From Hydrolagus colliei (taxonomy: Eukaryota), in the NCBI GenBank assembly GCA_035084275.1, contig CM068748.1, forward strand, positions 6,200,001 to 6,264,000: 64,000 nt of DNA, written 5' to 3'. The notes beneath the pieces were generated by a model. The model was given only the letters and a program-made list of their open reading frames with translations, was not told where the DNA came from and did not search any database. Shown in pieces: positions 11,685 to 26,369 of this stretch; position 1 is the first letter of the stretch; each line of letters starts with the position of its first letter. The translations under genes were made by a program, and so were the position numbers.

Positions 11685-11800
11685 ATAATAAATAATAATA
11701 ATCCTTACATTTGATAAAGCACTTTATCACATCTTTGAAGCCCTCAAAGCGCCTCACAGAATATACTGTAAGTAATTGACTGAATATTTTGTAGGTGTAC
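11685..11800 (-). mobile_element. SINE family A 3' tail
   Basis: (aat)n ccttacatttgataaagcactttatcac...aaagcgcctcacagaatatactgta. Confidence 0.7.
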
Positions 11801-14800
11801 ATGATTTCAAAATCTGTCGCTTATTCATGTACAAGGCCTGAAATATATAAACTGGTAGCCTTCCAAATGTGTTTGTCAGTCTGCCTTCGCACCAGCTGCT
11901 CCATCTCTGTTAATCTGGGTTGCTCGCTGATCAGTCACCTATTTTATCTTATACTGTATACTTAATTCTGCTTTTGGGTCTGGATGCAGTGCTGTTCTAT
12001 TTTAACAATTGTGATCTCATTCCTCTGCACTCTGTAATTATTTCTTATTTTCTATATGTTCATCAATATATCTTCAATTGACTTATTATTGTTTGGAGCG
12101 GATTTGCTATTCGAATAGTATTCACATTGATTATCTTTTATCCTCTCTGTTCAGCTGTAATCTTTTGGAATTTAATGCCAACATGTGAAATTGACCACTA
12201 AGTTAGCCTCAACTGGTTTCAATATGCCAATGATTTCACAAAAGTTCAATTTATAACTGTTTCAACATTTTCCAATTAATGGCTAAAATTGAGCAAAATA
12301 AAGCAGTGGCATACATTTTTGAAGAATGATAATCCTGATACCATGCCTTTCCTATATTTTTTGTTGTTGCTATGATAGAGCATATTTTAATTAGAAGATA
12401 GAAGATGTTGTCTTATCAGCCCCATAATTTATATTATCTGTTTATGAGGATGCAAAAAATATTTAAAATTATCAGAAGACATCAGGGATATTACAGAGTG
12501 GAAACAACATGCGGCTCAAAATAACTACTATTATAATGAAAGTGACAAATGATAAACATTCAATATTTGGGGGGAAAATATTTTTTCTTTGCAAAAATCA
12601 ACTTGTGTAGTTAATTTTTAAAGAATCAGTTTAAGAAAATTATCGGATAGCTTGTCCGGATGCTCAAAGCTGACTACAGTTTAATTGTAAAAATAAATGC
12701 ATACATTAGGTAGATAGAGCAAGCTACAGAAACATACATTACATCCAAACCATACTCAAGTATTTCTCTAGATGTTAGAAGGTCTGTCAATGAAACGAAT
12801 AGATAGCAATAACTTCACAGCCTTAAATTTATCTGTGAGTTATGTCACAGATTCGTATAAGCAATTACTGTCTAAAATTCCATATATCATTTTACAGTGC
12901 AGGGGAGGCAAGGCCATTTCTGTATAGAATTTAGCGACTTTAACTTTAATGAGCTGTTGCAGATAGTTTTTTTAACAATGTTATCTCTGGTGACCCAGGT
13001 ACTCGGGTCAGAGAGCTCTACTTTGAGAGTAAGGAAATTACTCATCTATGCCATGTTCTTTCACTCAACATTTTAATTGCTTGCTCTAACATTAACAGTT
13101 TCTGTGGTTACTAAATGAACAGTTAAAAATAATAATCTGCTATATACAGCAGTACATTGATAGTAGCATCTGGAGTAGTTTTAGGAAATGTTGTGCTAAT
13201 AAATGTAGATTTGTTCATGGCTTCTAATCTTGATTATATATTTTTAATTGAATATTTCTCAATTTCTGCTCTCATTCTGATGCTTGCTGGGATAGGTAGG
13301 TGGGAGAGATTGGTGGTTCTTCTCCAGAAAGCTAACACAGGCAGATTATGCATTTTTCCGTTGGCCATGTTATTTTGTACAATATGCAGTATATAAAAAC
13401 ACACCCCTGAATTTCAAGGAGTTTGTTTCACTCAGTGATATATTAGAAGTTTATATCACATTCTCACTTTTGCAAATTGTAGTAGCTCGAGACTATTGCT
13501 GCTTAATTATCCAATGTTATCTTAACGTTGAACACTTACTGCTCCAATACTCTTTTACATTCTATGTTAAAAAGAATAATAGATTGTGTTTCTTTGTTTG
13601 TCTTCTTTTTTGGTGGGAGCAAACAGTAGCTTTGGTCTCTCAGACTCTGCTCTGACCTTGATGTCTATGCAGCAGGCACAGTTTTATTGGAACACAGTTG
13701 TTTATTGAGACTGACAATCAGGATGTATTTTAAGAGGCTTGAATGTGTATCTTTACTGAAGGCAGAACCAGAAGCAGAAGCGAACGCAAAATTAGGGACA
13801 TAAACATGGCTGGTTCATTAAAGCTATTGTTTTAAACTTGTCCATTTCAGTCACATTGACATTTGTGTCTAGGACACACATAGTTGTGAGGTTACTTTGT
13901 AAATATTTTGAACAGAAAGACATTAAACATTCTAGTATCAGAAATGATAAGGATTGGGTAAATCAGAGGTTGTCCTTGTGAACTTTCAAGACAATAAATG
14001 ACCTTGTGTGTCAGAAAATACAATAATTTCTGGCTCACATCAAATGTTAGTGGAAGATTTTGGATGTTTCAATAAAAGTTTCACAGAAATTTTTTGAGAC
14101 TTGGATTACTGCTGATGTTTTTGATCTTATCAAGGCAGAGATGTCTGTGTTGAGAACCAGATAGTGGAACTACTGTTAGATCCAGAGTTTATTTTGCTTA
14201 CTGTGACTTTAACAGTAGGGTTCTTTTCAACCGCAGATGCACATCCACTCTTAAAAATATGTCTTTTTTTCCCACTTTTTAATTCAGCTACATTTACAAG
14301 CTTTCTGATTCTGCTGAGGTAGTTAAGGATGCTATGTTGATGTTGCTTTAATGACAAATGTGGAATTAAAGATCAAACACACACCTATCTGCACTGCACC
14401 ACTGTTAGCTATGGCTGCTGGAGAAGAGCCTGTTCAGGATAATTTACTCATACTGCATTTGCATTATGTTAGTTTTGAATTTCACAAGTGGAGCTAACAG
14501 AAGGCCTCAGGATTCATTGTACATCACGAGGTGGCACCACCACTGTCTGATTCACTGCAAGATAATTTTAATTGATGTGAGTACATTAATATTGAATGCA
14601 CAAACTGTTTTCTTCAAACCACAATCACCATTGTACTCATGAAGAAACATATGTTCATTGTGCACGTGTCTGGGTATACACAGTGTGGGTTTCAGAGAAA
14701 ATCAGTGTGAGTGGTAAATTGCAACACAAATGAGGTTTATCAAAGTTTGGTGCCCCAAAGATTTGGTCTGCTAACCTGGATAGAATTATCTTAAATTGAG

Positions 14801-14902
14801 TTTAAGAGTTTGTTAAAACTACTAAACAGAATAAAATTTTCATTAGAAAAATGCTTTTTATAAGGTCAGAGTGAGTGATTTGTAAATCTTACATGAAGAT
14901 TT

Positions 14903-14938
14903 AATCATGCTACTTAATTAAATCATGCTACTTAATTA
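14903..14938. repeat. Perfect 18-bp tandem duplication (aatcatgctacttaatta x2)
   Basis: Read directly from the sequence. Confidence 0.9.
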
Positions 14939-16054
14939 GAAAATACTGCTGGTTAAATACTGTTAAAGAAAGAAAGTAAGAAGCTGAAAGATCAACTCCT
15001 CTAAGATTTTAAATATCAAACCTAATTTAGATATTGGGGTAAACTGACACTGGTCTTTGGAATGATCGGACAATGAGTGCCTTACAAATATTCCTTACTA
15101 TAGTGAACTCCAAAGCTGACTTAGGCTATCTGGACTTAGGAGATCATTTGGAAAGACTGGATGGCAGACAGGTAACCTTTAGGAGGCCGTGGCCAGTACC
15201 TGTACCATTTATGACAGAAAGCGAAAGGAAGCACTTTTAGAGAAATGCACTCCGGATTTTTTTCATTTTCTTTTTTTAATGAGAACATTGAAAACTAAAC
15301 AGAGCAAAATAGATTCAGCATTAAACTGCACTGAGATATGAGTTCCACACACATTAAGAAGGCACAAAGATGACATGAATCATTTTCAAGAAAACATATA
15401 CACAGTAACGTTGTAATAATACAGGGAAAGGTGAAGAATATTAGAAAATAAAATGGAAAATGTGATAATACAATATAGGTGGAGATGCAAATAGAAATGA
15501 TAGACCTACAGGCGATGGAGAAAGGCTGAGAAATAAAAATGCACATATGCAAACATGACATAAGAAGGTAGGAATAAGAAAAGCCCAGCAGCTTACCACA
15601 TTGAACGATTCCTTCAGCGCTAGCACTAACTGTCTTCATCTCTGTCCTTCCCCTGCACCATCTACACCCACTGAATCTTCTTGAATACTCCAAGTTATCA
15701 TTTAGTGTGCTAAGCAGCAGTCTATTCCGAAGGTGAACTCGAAATGTGCGGAAAAAAATCCCTCCTTGGGTTTTATTTTACTTTTCTCTTCATTAGCTTG
15801 AAATCACTTCCTCTAGTTTGGCACAGAATATCTTTCTCCGTGTGTTTTCTCATCATTTGAAAAGTTGGATCATTTCCCCAGCTTCAGAGTCTTTTCCAAC
15901 AAGAAGGAACTTAGCTTTCTTAGGTTTACTTTGCAGCTCAGAAAGACTGCAGCCATCTTTGTGGACTTTCTGTTACACCCTTTTTGTTGCCTCCATCTAT
16001 TTTGTCTGTACTGCGAGTAAAAGTGGTCAGACTATTTCATGTGCAGGCCACAAT

Positions 16055-16245
16055 TAATAATAATATAATAATACATCTTTGCATTTGATGTAGTGCCTTA
16101 TTACGTCTACAAGTCTCAAAGCGCTTCACAGAATATAGTGTCAAGCTAATTGCATTGTGGGCAACATATGGTCGTCAATTATCACTTTCTTGGACTTGTA
16201 TTCTACGGGTGAAAGGCACTATACAAATGTAATTTGTTGCTGTTG
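16055..16245. mobile_element. SINE family A tail (-, ~16055-16182) next to an L2 tail (+, ~16205-16245)
   Basis: ttgcatttgatgtagtgcctt...aaagcgcttcacagaatata, followed by gtgaaaggcactatacaaatgtaatttgttgctgttg. Confidence 0.65.
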
Positions 16246-17314
16246 TACACTTAAAAAATCTAAGGTTTTGTTAGTCTTGCAACCATTGTCACACAATGGT
16301 AAAATTTTCAGTGCCTAGTCAGCAATTACACTCTGCTGTTTCTCCAGATCAATTTTATTTAGTAATATACTTTTAGCCTCAGTGTTCATTATTTTTCATT
16401 TATCTTCCTACCTACTTGTTAAACCTTTAGATTTCTGCATCTGTGCTCCCACAAAACCTGTTACTGTACTGTTCGCATACCTAGGGATGCAGTTTTGAAG
16501 TTGAGGTCGTTAGTCAGAATTAACAAAGAGTAACTATTGTGTCTACTAGGATTCTCATGGGAAATCCATGATGAAATGGATGTGTGCTCTGGCAGACCAA
16601 GTGTAAGCGATGGCAAAATTATAAGTAGCTCAGTCTGAATTTGTGAGCTTTAGAATTGTGGATTTAATGTGTGTTTACTCACCACTTCACATTTTTGTTT
16701 TTGTTAAAATGAGCAGCATATTTTAGAAATACTGTATCCTCCTTGGATTAGTCTTTCAGAGATAAACTAGCTCTAAGTAGACATACCTAGCAGGTCTTCA
16801 GTAATACAAGAATGTGCTGATGATTGACCAGCTGTGTGCTTACCATTATTCATAGTTGTGTTTGGATCTTATCCATATTTGTAGTCTTTTCTTAGCATTG
16901 GACTTGTGTGGGTGAGCTTAGTTAGCATGGTATGAACTATGATATAAGTACGCAGGTAGAATTACCAGTGTTTTTGCATGGATAATATCATCTGTCAATT
17001 CAAACAACAGTTTAAACCCTCAGATTCATAACAAAAATTGCTGTCTAGTTGGTTAGGGGTCTCAGATGCTTCTTCCAGTTATCTGGAATGGTTTGGATCC
17101 TACAAATCATACCAGAAGTGCTACTTTGGAAGATCCTTAGATCTTTGCTAACACTAGAGGGTATCACTGCCAAGAAAACGTGTGAGATCTGAAAAATTAC
17201 AGACATCCATCTGAATCCAGATCTCTGACATGTTATTTTGGGATTGTTTACTAAGATACCTTTAGCTTCATGCATGGAGAGCTTGATTAACCTTTACTTA
17301 CATCCTGCCTGGCT

Positions 17315-17800
17315 CTCTGGTTGGCTCAGTGGATATGTGTTGGCTGAATCCAGAGGGGTTAAGATTCTGAGAGTTGTGCAGTGAGAAGCATACGTGCTTG
17401 TTTGTTTGTTTGTTTGTTTTTGTATTGGGAGTTTAGGCAGGCATGTTCTGTGGCCAGCATAGTTTACTGAACACCACATTTTTCAAGTGCCTGGCTGTGG
17501 AGTTAATTAGACAATCAGAATCTAGGGCCTAGAAAGCTTTCACTTCGGCAAGATAATAAGCTAGTTTGCCATAGCAACTGAGCAAGTAGAGAGAGAAGGG
17601 AGTTTCTACTTATGTCCTGGCCAACAATCTCCTAAATAAAATAAATAGTCATTTACTTCTTGGACTGTTTGTGGGATATTGCTGTGTGTGCAAATAGCCT
17701 GCTGCATTTGCCTACACAATACATAGTCACTGCACTTTACAGTAATTTCTCTGAAGAGCTTTGAACCATCTGTGAAAGGTGTAATATCTAATGCGAGGGT
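17315..17800 (+). mobile_element. Deu-domain SINE with a degenerate tRNA-like head and internal (TTTG)n
   Basis: Head ggttggctcagtgg. The 3' part reads gggagtttct...tgtcctggccaacaat...ctgtttgtgggatattgctgtg...gtgaaaggtg. The middle is unassigned. Confidence 0.6.
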
Positions 17801-20179
17801 GTTGGTGACCCTGTTAGCTAGAACACAGCAGAAGTGTTTTGAAATTATTGCTGTTGATTTCTTTCCAACACCAGTTATTGATATAATGTTAAGTAGCTGT
17901 TGATTTTGTATAGTTAGATTCATATGACTGTGTCTTCAGCCCAAAACTCTGTTATGGGTTTCATGTGAGTTTTTGCTGTTTTATAACTGCATACTAAAAC
18001 AATAGAGAATATTTTGGAACCAAGCCATCTTAATTGGATGTGAGGAAAATGACACCATCTGGCTTAAAGGATTTTGAAAGCGTTAACTTTTCCAAATTTA
18101 TATTTGCCATCCCTCTGGGCTAGAAATTGGTCTAAGTATTGGTTTGTTCTGCTACTAACATTTTAAAGCTTTACATTTTATAGTTTGAAATTCTGTACTT
18201 GATTTACCTACCCAACAAAGTTATCGAAATAATATTAACAACTTTACGAAGCACATTGTTTTTCATATTGGTGAAATCTTGGATTTGATTTTCACAATTT
18301 GTGGTCATGCTCTACAAACTTTGAATTATTTCCAGAAAAAAACATAAAATATGCAGGGTGCTGGTTTAGTGCAGTGGAGAATTAAAATATTTAACAGAAA
18401 CGTAAACCATTTTTGCTGGAATGGAAAAAAAAGCTTTGCATTTCTTTCAGAATTATATACTGTATACAGATTATTAGCCTTGGAATGTAACTACAGGCTG
18501 TACTTTTCTGTTTGATGTGAGCATGTTTGTGAAAATGCTGTAAATCAGGCAATTTAGAGCATTAAAATGGCCAGCTATAAGTTATGGTCTGAAATTGCAG
18601 TTGTAAAGTGCCTGCTGTCTATTACTAAACAATTAATCATAGAATAAGTCATTAACTATCAGTGGCACTTTTTTAAAAAAACGTGTTATTTTTAAATACC
18701 TATCTGTAAGATTTTCAGAAAAAGAGGATACAGTATTACAGTCCAAAAGGTCCAAAAGGACCTGGGAACTAAATCAGATTCCTCTCCAGACATCATGTCA
18801 CTGATAACATTGCAGAAGTAATTGAAAAATTGATAAGCTTGTGACCTCCAACCATTTCTATGTTCCAAAGAACGATTCCAGAGGAAAGCAGATTAGGTCA
18901 ACAGTTACTCCCTTTATTCCCTCTGAATAATTGCTAACAAGTCGATTAACTGAGATGAGTGATATAAAGTAACACGTTAACTCTACAATATTAAGATACA
19001 AAATGCTCGTTATTATCTGTAACAAGATGGTTGAATTCTAACATCGTCAACTTAAACATGTTCAAAATAGACCTCATTTATTACTATAAGCTTTACATAT
19101 AGTTTTTTAAGAAGCTGGACAATGATATATGAATAATTGGGATAATGGTACAGAACAAATTGATTGATCAAAAAGATTGATTGATGCATATTTCACCTTG
19201 ATATATACAAACAAAAGTAGGTGAATCCTTAATATGACTGTTCATCTATTTGGGGCTTTCTAATGGAATTTATTGCATTAAGACTTGCATGGAATACGCA
19301 TTCCAGATCTGCCGCATTAATTTGTCAAGAAAGCAGTCAGTAAAAAAAGCTAATTCAGGATGAAGTCTTTGAAACTTCTTCTTCTGAAAATGTTCTCATC
19401 ATTAAACAAGGGAGAACTTGAAGGTTCAAAAATAAGTTGAGAGAACTATAGATTTCTGCAAAAGTTTCTGTATTTTAAATCAAGGTATAAGTTTCCCCCA
19501 TATAAATTGCGTAATGCATGTGAAACATATAGGGCACACTTATTGGTTGTGTCGAAGACATGGTTGATAAAAGAGATACAGGAACTATTATTTTTTCCAA
19601 AATTGTTTTTCTTTGCGTAGAAATCCCCTTTTTTAATTTTTTTGGGTGTGTCTTTTACCACTTCTTTATCTTCCTTATACGTCTTCTATTATTTTAGGTT
19701 CTTAAAATAGCTTGTTTTAAAAATATTGTTTTTTACCAAGATATACAATTCTTACCATATTTTACTTTCAAGTTAATGAATTTTAAATAATCAATGAGGT
19801 TATAAAAATAAAGTTGAAATGGATGAAAGGATTTTATTCATCTTTCCACATACATATGAGCTATTCATCAAAGGCAAACTCTTCCATGTTTGCTAGTTGA
19901 AGTTCACTGGATACTCTATTGTGGATGGGTACTGTTGAATGTTTTTCCATTATCGGGTGAATACAACAGTTAGCTTTCTTTCTTTAGATGAATGAATCTA
20001 TTCCAATAAGATGACAGTCTAGATGATTGCTGGAAGCAATAAAGGTAAAAGTGCAAGTTCTGAAAGAATGCGATGATGAAAAAGCACACTCGTTTCCCCC
20101 AAAACAATCTATCTTAGTGGGCATAATACTATGCAGCGATTACAATTCAGTAGCCAAAATATGGCCATTATTCATAACA

Positions 20180-20830
20180 TCTAGTGCTGATTTTCTAGAT
20201 GCGTGAAAATCAAAGTAGAGCTAAATTGCTTCACACCATGGCAAGATGCAATTAGAATCAGAGTATTACAGGATCTAGTTGGAAGTTTGCCTTTCACAAG
20301 GGGAACATTTTGCACAATCTATCACAACCAAACAGAGGGTGAATGGTTACTTTTGACATATTTGAATGTGAGTAGTCAGGCAGCATATTCAAAAGATGAA
20401 GTACAATACAATCTTCTTCAGACAAGACACCCAATTATACAGATACATGATAGCTTTAGAAGGAACGCCAGCATTGCACTGATGACACTACAGCATTCTT
20501 TGACAAACTGAAAAGGAGGTCATCATTCAAGTACATCTCTTAAATCCAATTTGCTTGATATTCGTTCTGTTTTACTAGTTAAGCGCATTGAAGACTGACT
20601 TGCTCCAAGAAGCCAAAGACCATTTATACATAATATATTATGAAGGATCTTTCGATGCAAAATCTTTTGCAGTTCCTGAGAGCTTTTAAACAAGAGCTCA
20701 CTGAAACTGTAAAACTTTATTACCTTGAAGATATGAAGACTGATATAACACGATGGTAATTTCTTACCTTAGGGATCCAGCGGGTGATTGCAAAGTTGAT
20801 GCCATTTGCGATTGGCAACAGTCAAAAAAG
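20180..20830 (+). pseudogene. Highly decayed hAT-superfamily transposase fossil
   Basis: Motifs in the expected order: LDA*(W)KS at 20195, RNAS (DNAS-like) at 20461, VHLLN (CxxH region) at 20531, DITRW at 20742-20756, then IQRVI and DAIC in shifted frames. Confidence 0.5.
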
Positions 20831-21429
20831 CTGATTGAATCAAGGCTTATTAAAGTAGGAATGCATTATCTGGTTTATTCTTCCATTCCTGAGCAAGACA
20901 GATCAATCTTAGTAAGTAATATTGTTACCCAGAAGCATAAGATGAGAATGTTATTAAATACAGTAAAAATATATATAATTCTGCATAATTGGGTCCTACG
21001 TGATGAGGGTCTTTGTTTAACAATAATTTACTGTAACTGTATTTTACTGAAGCTGAACAAGGTACAGATTTCACAGTGGGATCTATTATGTGAGTTGTGT
21101 TAACCATGTGTAAATAGATGTGGAGAGAGGGAATTACAGATGTCCTTAGTTATATAATTTTAAAAAAACGTGACTAGAATGACAGGTGATTCTATCAACA
21201 AAATAAAACCAGTGCCAGGGAAGAATTCTTGAGCATCCAATGATCCAACAACAACTGTTTTTCTAAGACAATTAACAGTTTCATTCTATGATTGTGTTAG
21301 TTCATGATTGGTTTGAATTAGTTTAGCCCAAATCAAATTTCTGAACACAGGCCTGTTCTCTACAAGAAGCAACTTGATCAACTTTAAATTCAACCTCTGT
21401 ACGTATCCTCTGATAATGTGTTCATGAAT

Positions 21430-21785
21430 AAAAAATAATAATGATCTGTGCATTTGATGTAGCGCCTTATCATGTCTTTGAGATGTCTCAAAACCCTTCA
21501 CAGAATATAATGTAAAGTGAATTGACTGTTTATATTTTGTGGATGAAACACAGCAGCCAATTGCACACCTCAGTGTCCCACAAATAGTCCTGGATTGAAG
21601 TGACCAATTTTTTTTAAAAAATCAATTATTGGCCCTGGAAAAGCAATCCACCAATCGACTAACAAGTGGGTTCCTATTTACAAATAAGTAAATAGATGTG
21701 GAGTAATGAAACTTGCCCAACGTTTTGACCTTCTGGGAATCAAACTCAGTCTCTCGCTTGCGAGGCGAGTGCTCTAGTCCATGGA
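21430..21785 (-). mobile_element. SINE family A, near full length
   Basis: The reverse complement has head agagcactcgcctcgcaagcgagagac, CORE-like ttgggcaagtttc...gtaaataggaac, Deu-like gtgggacactg.ggtgtgcaattggctgc, and a (tta)n tail. Confidence 0.85.
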
Positions 21786-24349
21786 ACTAACTGACCTGAC
21801 AGCTGAAGTACACAACAGAGCACTTCAGCTATCAGGTCATTTAATTCCATGGACATTTATGTGCAGGCCTTATGGCTTCTATGCTTTTGAATTAAAGCAG
21901 CATTGAATATACTTTCATTTTTTTAAGAAGGATCTAAGTCTGTTATTAATAATCTGATGCAGACAGCGGGAAATGAAAATACTGAGATACTCTTCAGTGT
22001 TCTCCCAGAACATATCTCGGCATGGTACCAGAAAGCTGTGTGATGTGTTGACAGAATGAGGCCAGAGGAAGCCAAAGCTACTGTAAAATGTTTATGTAAA
22101 TGTTCCTGCATTTCAGCCTGAAGAATTATGGAAAATAAGCTGTATCTTTTAGTGATTTTCATGGGTAATTAGATAAGTAGAGTTTTCCCATGGTAATGTT
22201 TTCATTTATTGTGTAGTGTATTGTGTCTTTATACTTCAAAATTCTACCTCATGATTTGAAACTGCATTATGTAAGTCACAGATGTGTGCATTATATTTTT
22301 AACCACCATTGAAAAATGCTTGTTCACTTAGTGTACTCTGCATTTAAGACTTTAAATTATGCCCATTGATTTATAAGTAGCATTCTGCATCTTTTATTTG
22401 TTGCTCTTCAAGTCATTGGTTTGTGCACAGTTTGGAAACTACCATTGAAATTACCTTTATTCATTGAAAATGTCAATGTTTATATACACTGATAGTCTTC
22501 ATAAAGTATGACTTGCTGTGTCATAGGAGAAAAATACAATTGCTCTCCAGTTAAAGATTTATTATGTTAATTTAGATTTAGTTAAGCATTAAAAAAAATC
22601 TTGTTACAAGATAATATATCTTGCTTACATTCTGTTAATGTTAACGGGAAGTCTGCTGTTAAAATGAGGACGATAGCAGGGAAGATAATTAAATTATAGA
22701 TCAATAATGCCACCCAGATAAGTCTATCAAAGGAAACAACAGTTTATCCATATAGATGTGTTCAAAATGGTCTGTATGAAACATGATCACTTTTATGTTT
22801 ATCTAATGAAGATAAGAATCTGAGCTTTGGCTACATTCAAATAAAACATTTTAAAACAAAGAGTAAATAAGGAGAGAAATAAGGTTATGATAAAAACTAT
22901 TATAAACCCATTAAAAAAAATTACTTTAACATTATGGTGATCATCCCGTACTTTATTGAATGTATTTGATTACTGTTCCCAGTATGATATTATGATATTA
23001 TTTTCTCTCTTGAATGATATTTAAATGCATTTTTCAGGCAAATAATTCTTCAACCTCATTTGTGTCAACCAAATTAAGCTTTGCAATAATTTATTCTGAT
23101 TTCTTGTCCTGCAATCTTTTTCTATGTGATGTATAATCCTGACAGAAGGTAGTTAGATTTCAACTTGCTGTTTAATTTGTTCACAGCTGGAGATGTCATC
23201 AAGTATCATGAAATTCATTTCTAAGGATGAATCTGGCAGTGTTAAAGCATGGTAGCTACACAATTCTTTCCTGACAACAGAGTATCCTCTGTTAGTCGTG
23301 GTGTGACTTTCTCTAAGGAATCAAATGAATGCTATTTTTGCTGACTGAAATTGTGAAATCCGCACAGTAGTACATTCAGTTGAGGAATACTAATGGATTT
23401 ATACCACTTGAACATTCGTATTCCAATGTTAAATTATTAGTATCTTCACTGTTAATGTAGTGTTTCTATGTACAATTGATTCTTTCCTTTTTTAAAACCA
23501 GCCTGTTGGGAATGCTTTTACGACATTAGAAACATAAGCCCACAGTTGGTCTTCAAGGAATATTTTTTGTTAATATTTTGAAGATTGGCGTCTGAGGATT
23601 AAATGGAAGTTAGAAGAGATGTGAGCATGTAAATATGGATAGAAATGTTAGTGCAGTATTAAAAGATGAGAGCCAAAAAACTTTTTTATGACCTATATGT
23701 AATTTTTAGCTATTTTGTATTGGGGGAACATTCAAAAATGAGTATAGTTTTCTTATCAAAAGCTTTTAAAACAGTGAGTGCCTAGCAACATTCAAAAGTC
23801 TAATTATGGGATCACACTTTTGGCCTGATCAAGTTCAAACCATGACAAGAATGTTTGGTGTTTACCCAATAACAACTACTTGCATTCAGCTGGAATGGAA
23901 TAAATTCAGCTATTTGAAGCAATTTATGTTGCTACTAATTTATCCATCTAGTACTTGCATTGTTCTGTTTGCTAACACAGAATTGATCATTTTGCTTCAT
24001 CTAAGCAGTAACTCCAGAGGATTGTTGTGCTTAGTTGCATTCAGACGGAGGTACTCATAACTGTCTGCTTACATTGTGCACAGTGAATAACCATGTGTTT
24101 CTGCATACCATAGTATGTAAATAAATATTTAGTGGGCCTAGGGAATGAACTGGATGTGTTAAAGGCAATTTAATAAAAATACATGTCTAGAAAAAGAAAT
24201 ATTCCCTGAAAAGAATTGCCCAAATGGGAATTTTAGAGTTGTTTATTAGGAATTAACCTTGTAAAACTGCACAATACAGTACAATACCGATTATTTATTT
24301 ACACTTCAGTTCAGTATAAAAGTCCTCAGAATTGTAGCATGAATCATAG

Positions 24350-24572
24350 TTGTTAGTCAATTGGTGGATCTCTTTACGGGAATAATATCCCTACAACAAA
24401 TTGGGTCACTCATTCAACAACTGCTTGTGAGACACTGCTGTGTGCAATTGGCTGCCACGTGTCACCCACAAAATATACAGTCAATTAATTTTACAGTATA
24501 TTCTATGAATGGCTTTGAGATGTTTCAACGACATGATAAGGCACATTATCAAATGCAAGGATTATTATTATG
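24350..24572 (+). mobile_element. SINE family A, 5'-truncated
   Basis: tgttagtcaattggtggat...gacactgctgtgtgcaattggctgcc...atcaaatgcaaggattattatta. Confidence 0.78.
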
Positions 24573-24854
24573 ATTTCATCTTAAGAATTCTGCACTCCAC
24601 ATAGTGGACTTCAGTCCTTGTATTGCTTAATTAGCTTGCTATATTAGCAACAAAAATGTACATGTTACGATGAGCTCCATTATGAACTGCTGTGGTTTGT
24701 TCATAAACTCATATTCCTTACATTTGGCATTGAGGAATCCTGAGCACTCGTATAATTTCAATATTGTTCTTTTTCAAACGTCATTAAATGTTTTTTTTAA
24801 CAAACCGGGAGTTAAAGCTTCCTGTTCTCTATGTGAAATGTTCATAAGTGTAAT

Positions 24855-25006
24855 AAAAAGGTAGACATTTATTTTGGGAGGACGGGTTTGCGCAGTTATG
24901 GGGATAGAGCTGGGGAGTGGGATTAAATTGCTCTTTTTAAAGAGCCGGCACAGACTCGATGGGCCGAATGGCCTCCTTTTGTGCCGTAAGATTCTATGAT
25001 TCTATA
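24855..25006 (+). mobile_element. CR1 LINE 3' terminus with ATTCTATG-type octamer tail
   Basis: gagccggcacagactcgatgggccgaatggcctcct...gattctatgattcta; same family as 41420-41535(-). Confidence 0.82.
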
Positions 25007-26369
25007 ACATGTGTAATGACAATTTGTTTCCAAGCAATGTACTGTGGTCTGACAGCCTCTACATTCATTCAGCAGTGCCTAGCTATTCTGTGGCCCTATC
25101 TGTACTTTGCATGATTACTGGCCCTTCTAAAATTGTGATTCAATATGAAAAGAAAAACACTATTTTTAATAAAAGATAAAGTGACAGATACTTGATCTTT
25201 GATTACTAATTTCTATCTAAGTAGTACACTATCTGACTGCCTACCAGCCTCTAATCATTGTCTGTGGATTAACTGTATGCACACCTTATTTATGATTCAG
25301 TGAACAATAATGCATATTGAAATAACCATACTTAGGTATGGAGAATCCAAGGCACCATAATTTGTAGCAAGATAAAGTATGTTCAGTATTGTGAAATGAG
25401 TAAAGGTGAAGGAGTATTAATCTATACTGTCAAATGCTGTCTATTTTCAGCAGTTTCTGATACAATTTGCTGTTACAAACATTCATGGATCTGCCAAGCC
25501 TAGTTCTTTACTATTATGTATTATTACATTAATCGGTGGTTCAACATTTATTTTTACATTACATAAAATGAGTCTTTGGGATTAAACATTGAAATAGTTT
25601 ATTTCAATATTTGGTGTTTTAACTTGCATTACATCAAACATGGTTTGAATACAAAAAAAATGAGCCAGATGGTAAAATTAAGGTGTTCCTTAAATTGGAA
25701 AGCTAAGCAATCAGAATACATGCAAGTAAGTACAGTACTTGGCTATTATTCTTTTACAATACGCTGTTCATCATCGACACCTCATTACAGGCTTCCTATT
25801 TGGGATTGGCGACCTAGTCCATGTCCCAAATCTCTAGATAGTTCAGAATGTATTTTACATTCTTACTGCCAGATAATAGCAGTCAAATAAAAATTCATGT
25901 CAAGAACCCATGTTCATATACTTTAAATATTTGCTGATTCTGTGCTATGTGTAACGTACAATAGCATCAGACATAGAAAACCCAAATAACATTCGAAATC
26001 ATTAATCTGTGCTCTGTTATTTTAATAGCCAAGAAAACCTTAATCACATGAAGGCAAACCTTTTCTTGACTGATTGCGCAGTAACATTGACTGTGGTGTC
26101 GTTGACTAAGCAAGTTGATTTCATAAGTAGCTAACCACATATTAGCTAGTTAAAGGTCCAGTTCCCAATCTATACTGAGTTAGTAGATCTCACTTAAGAT
26201 GTCACGAGAAATTCTCACGAGACATTCAGATGAAGAACGCTCTTCAGCCCATTTGAAAAGCGCTGCGAGACACCGTCTTCTACCTGAATGCAAGTTGCTG
26301 CTGCTAATTTCATCTGTCCAGAAAACCTACCCAACCCATTCCGATTGCAGCCTGAAGCTGATTTCTGTA

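Noticed and set aside
12991-13010. TGACCC-n8-GGGTCA everted nuclear-receptor-like element
   Set aside because: A short palindrome that could arise by chance; no independent support.
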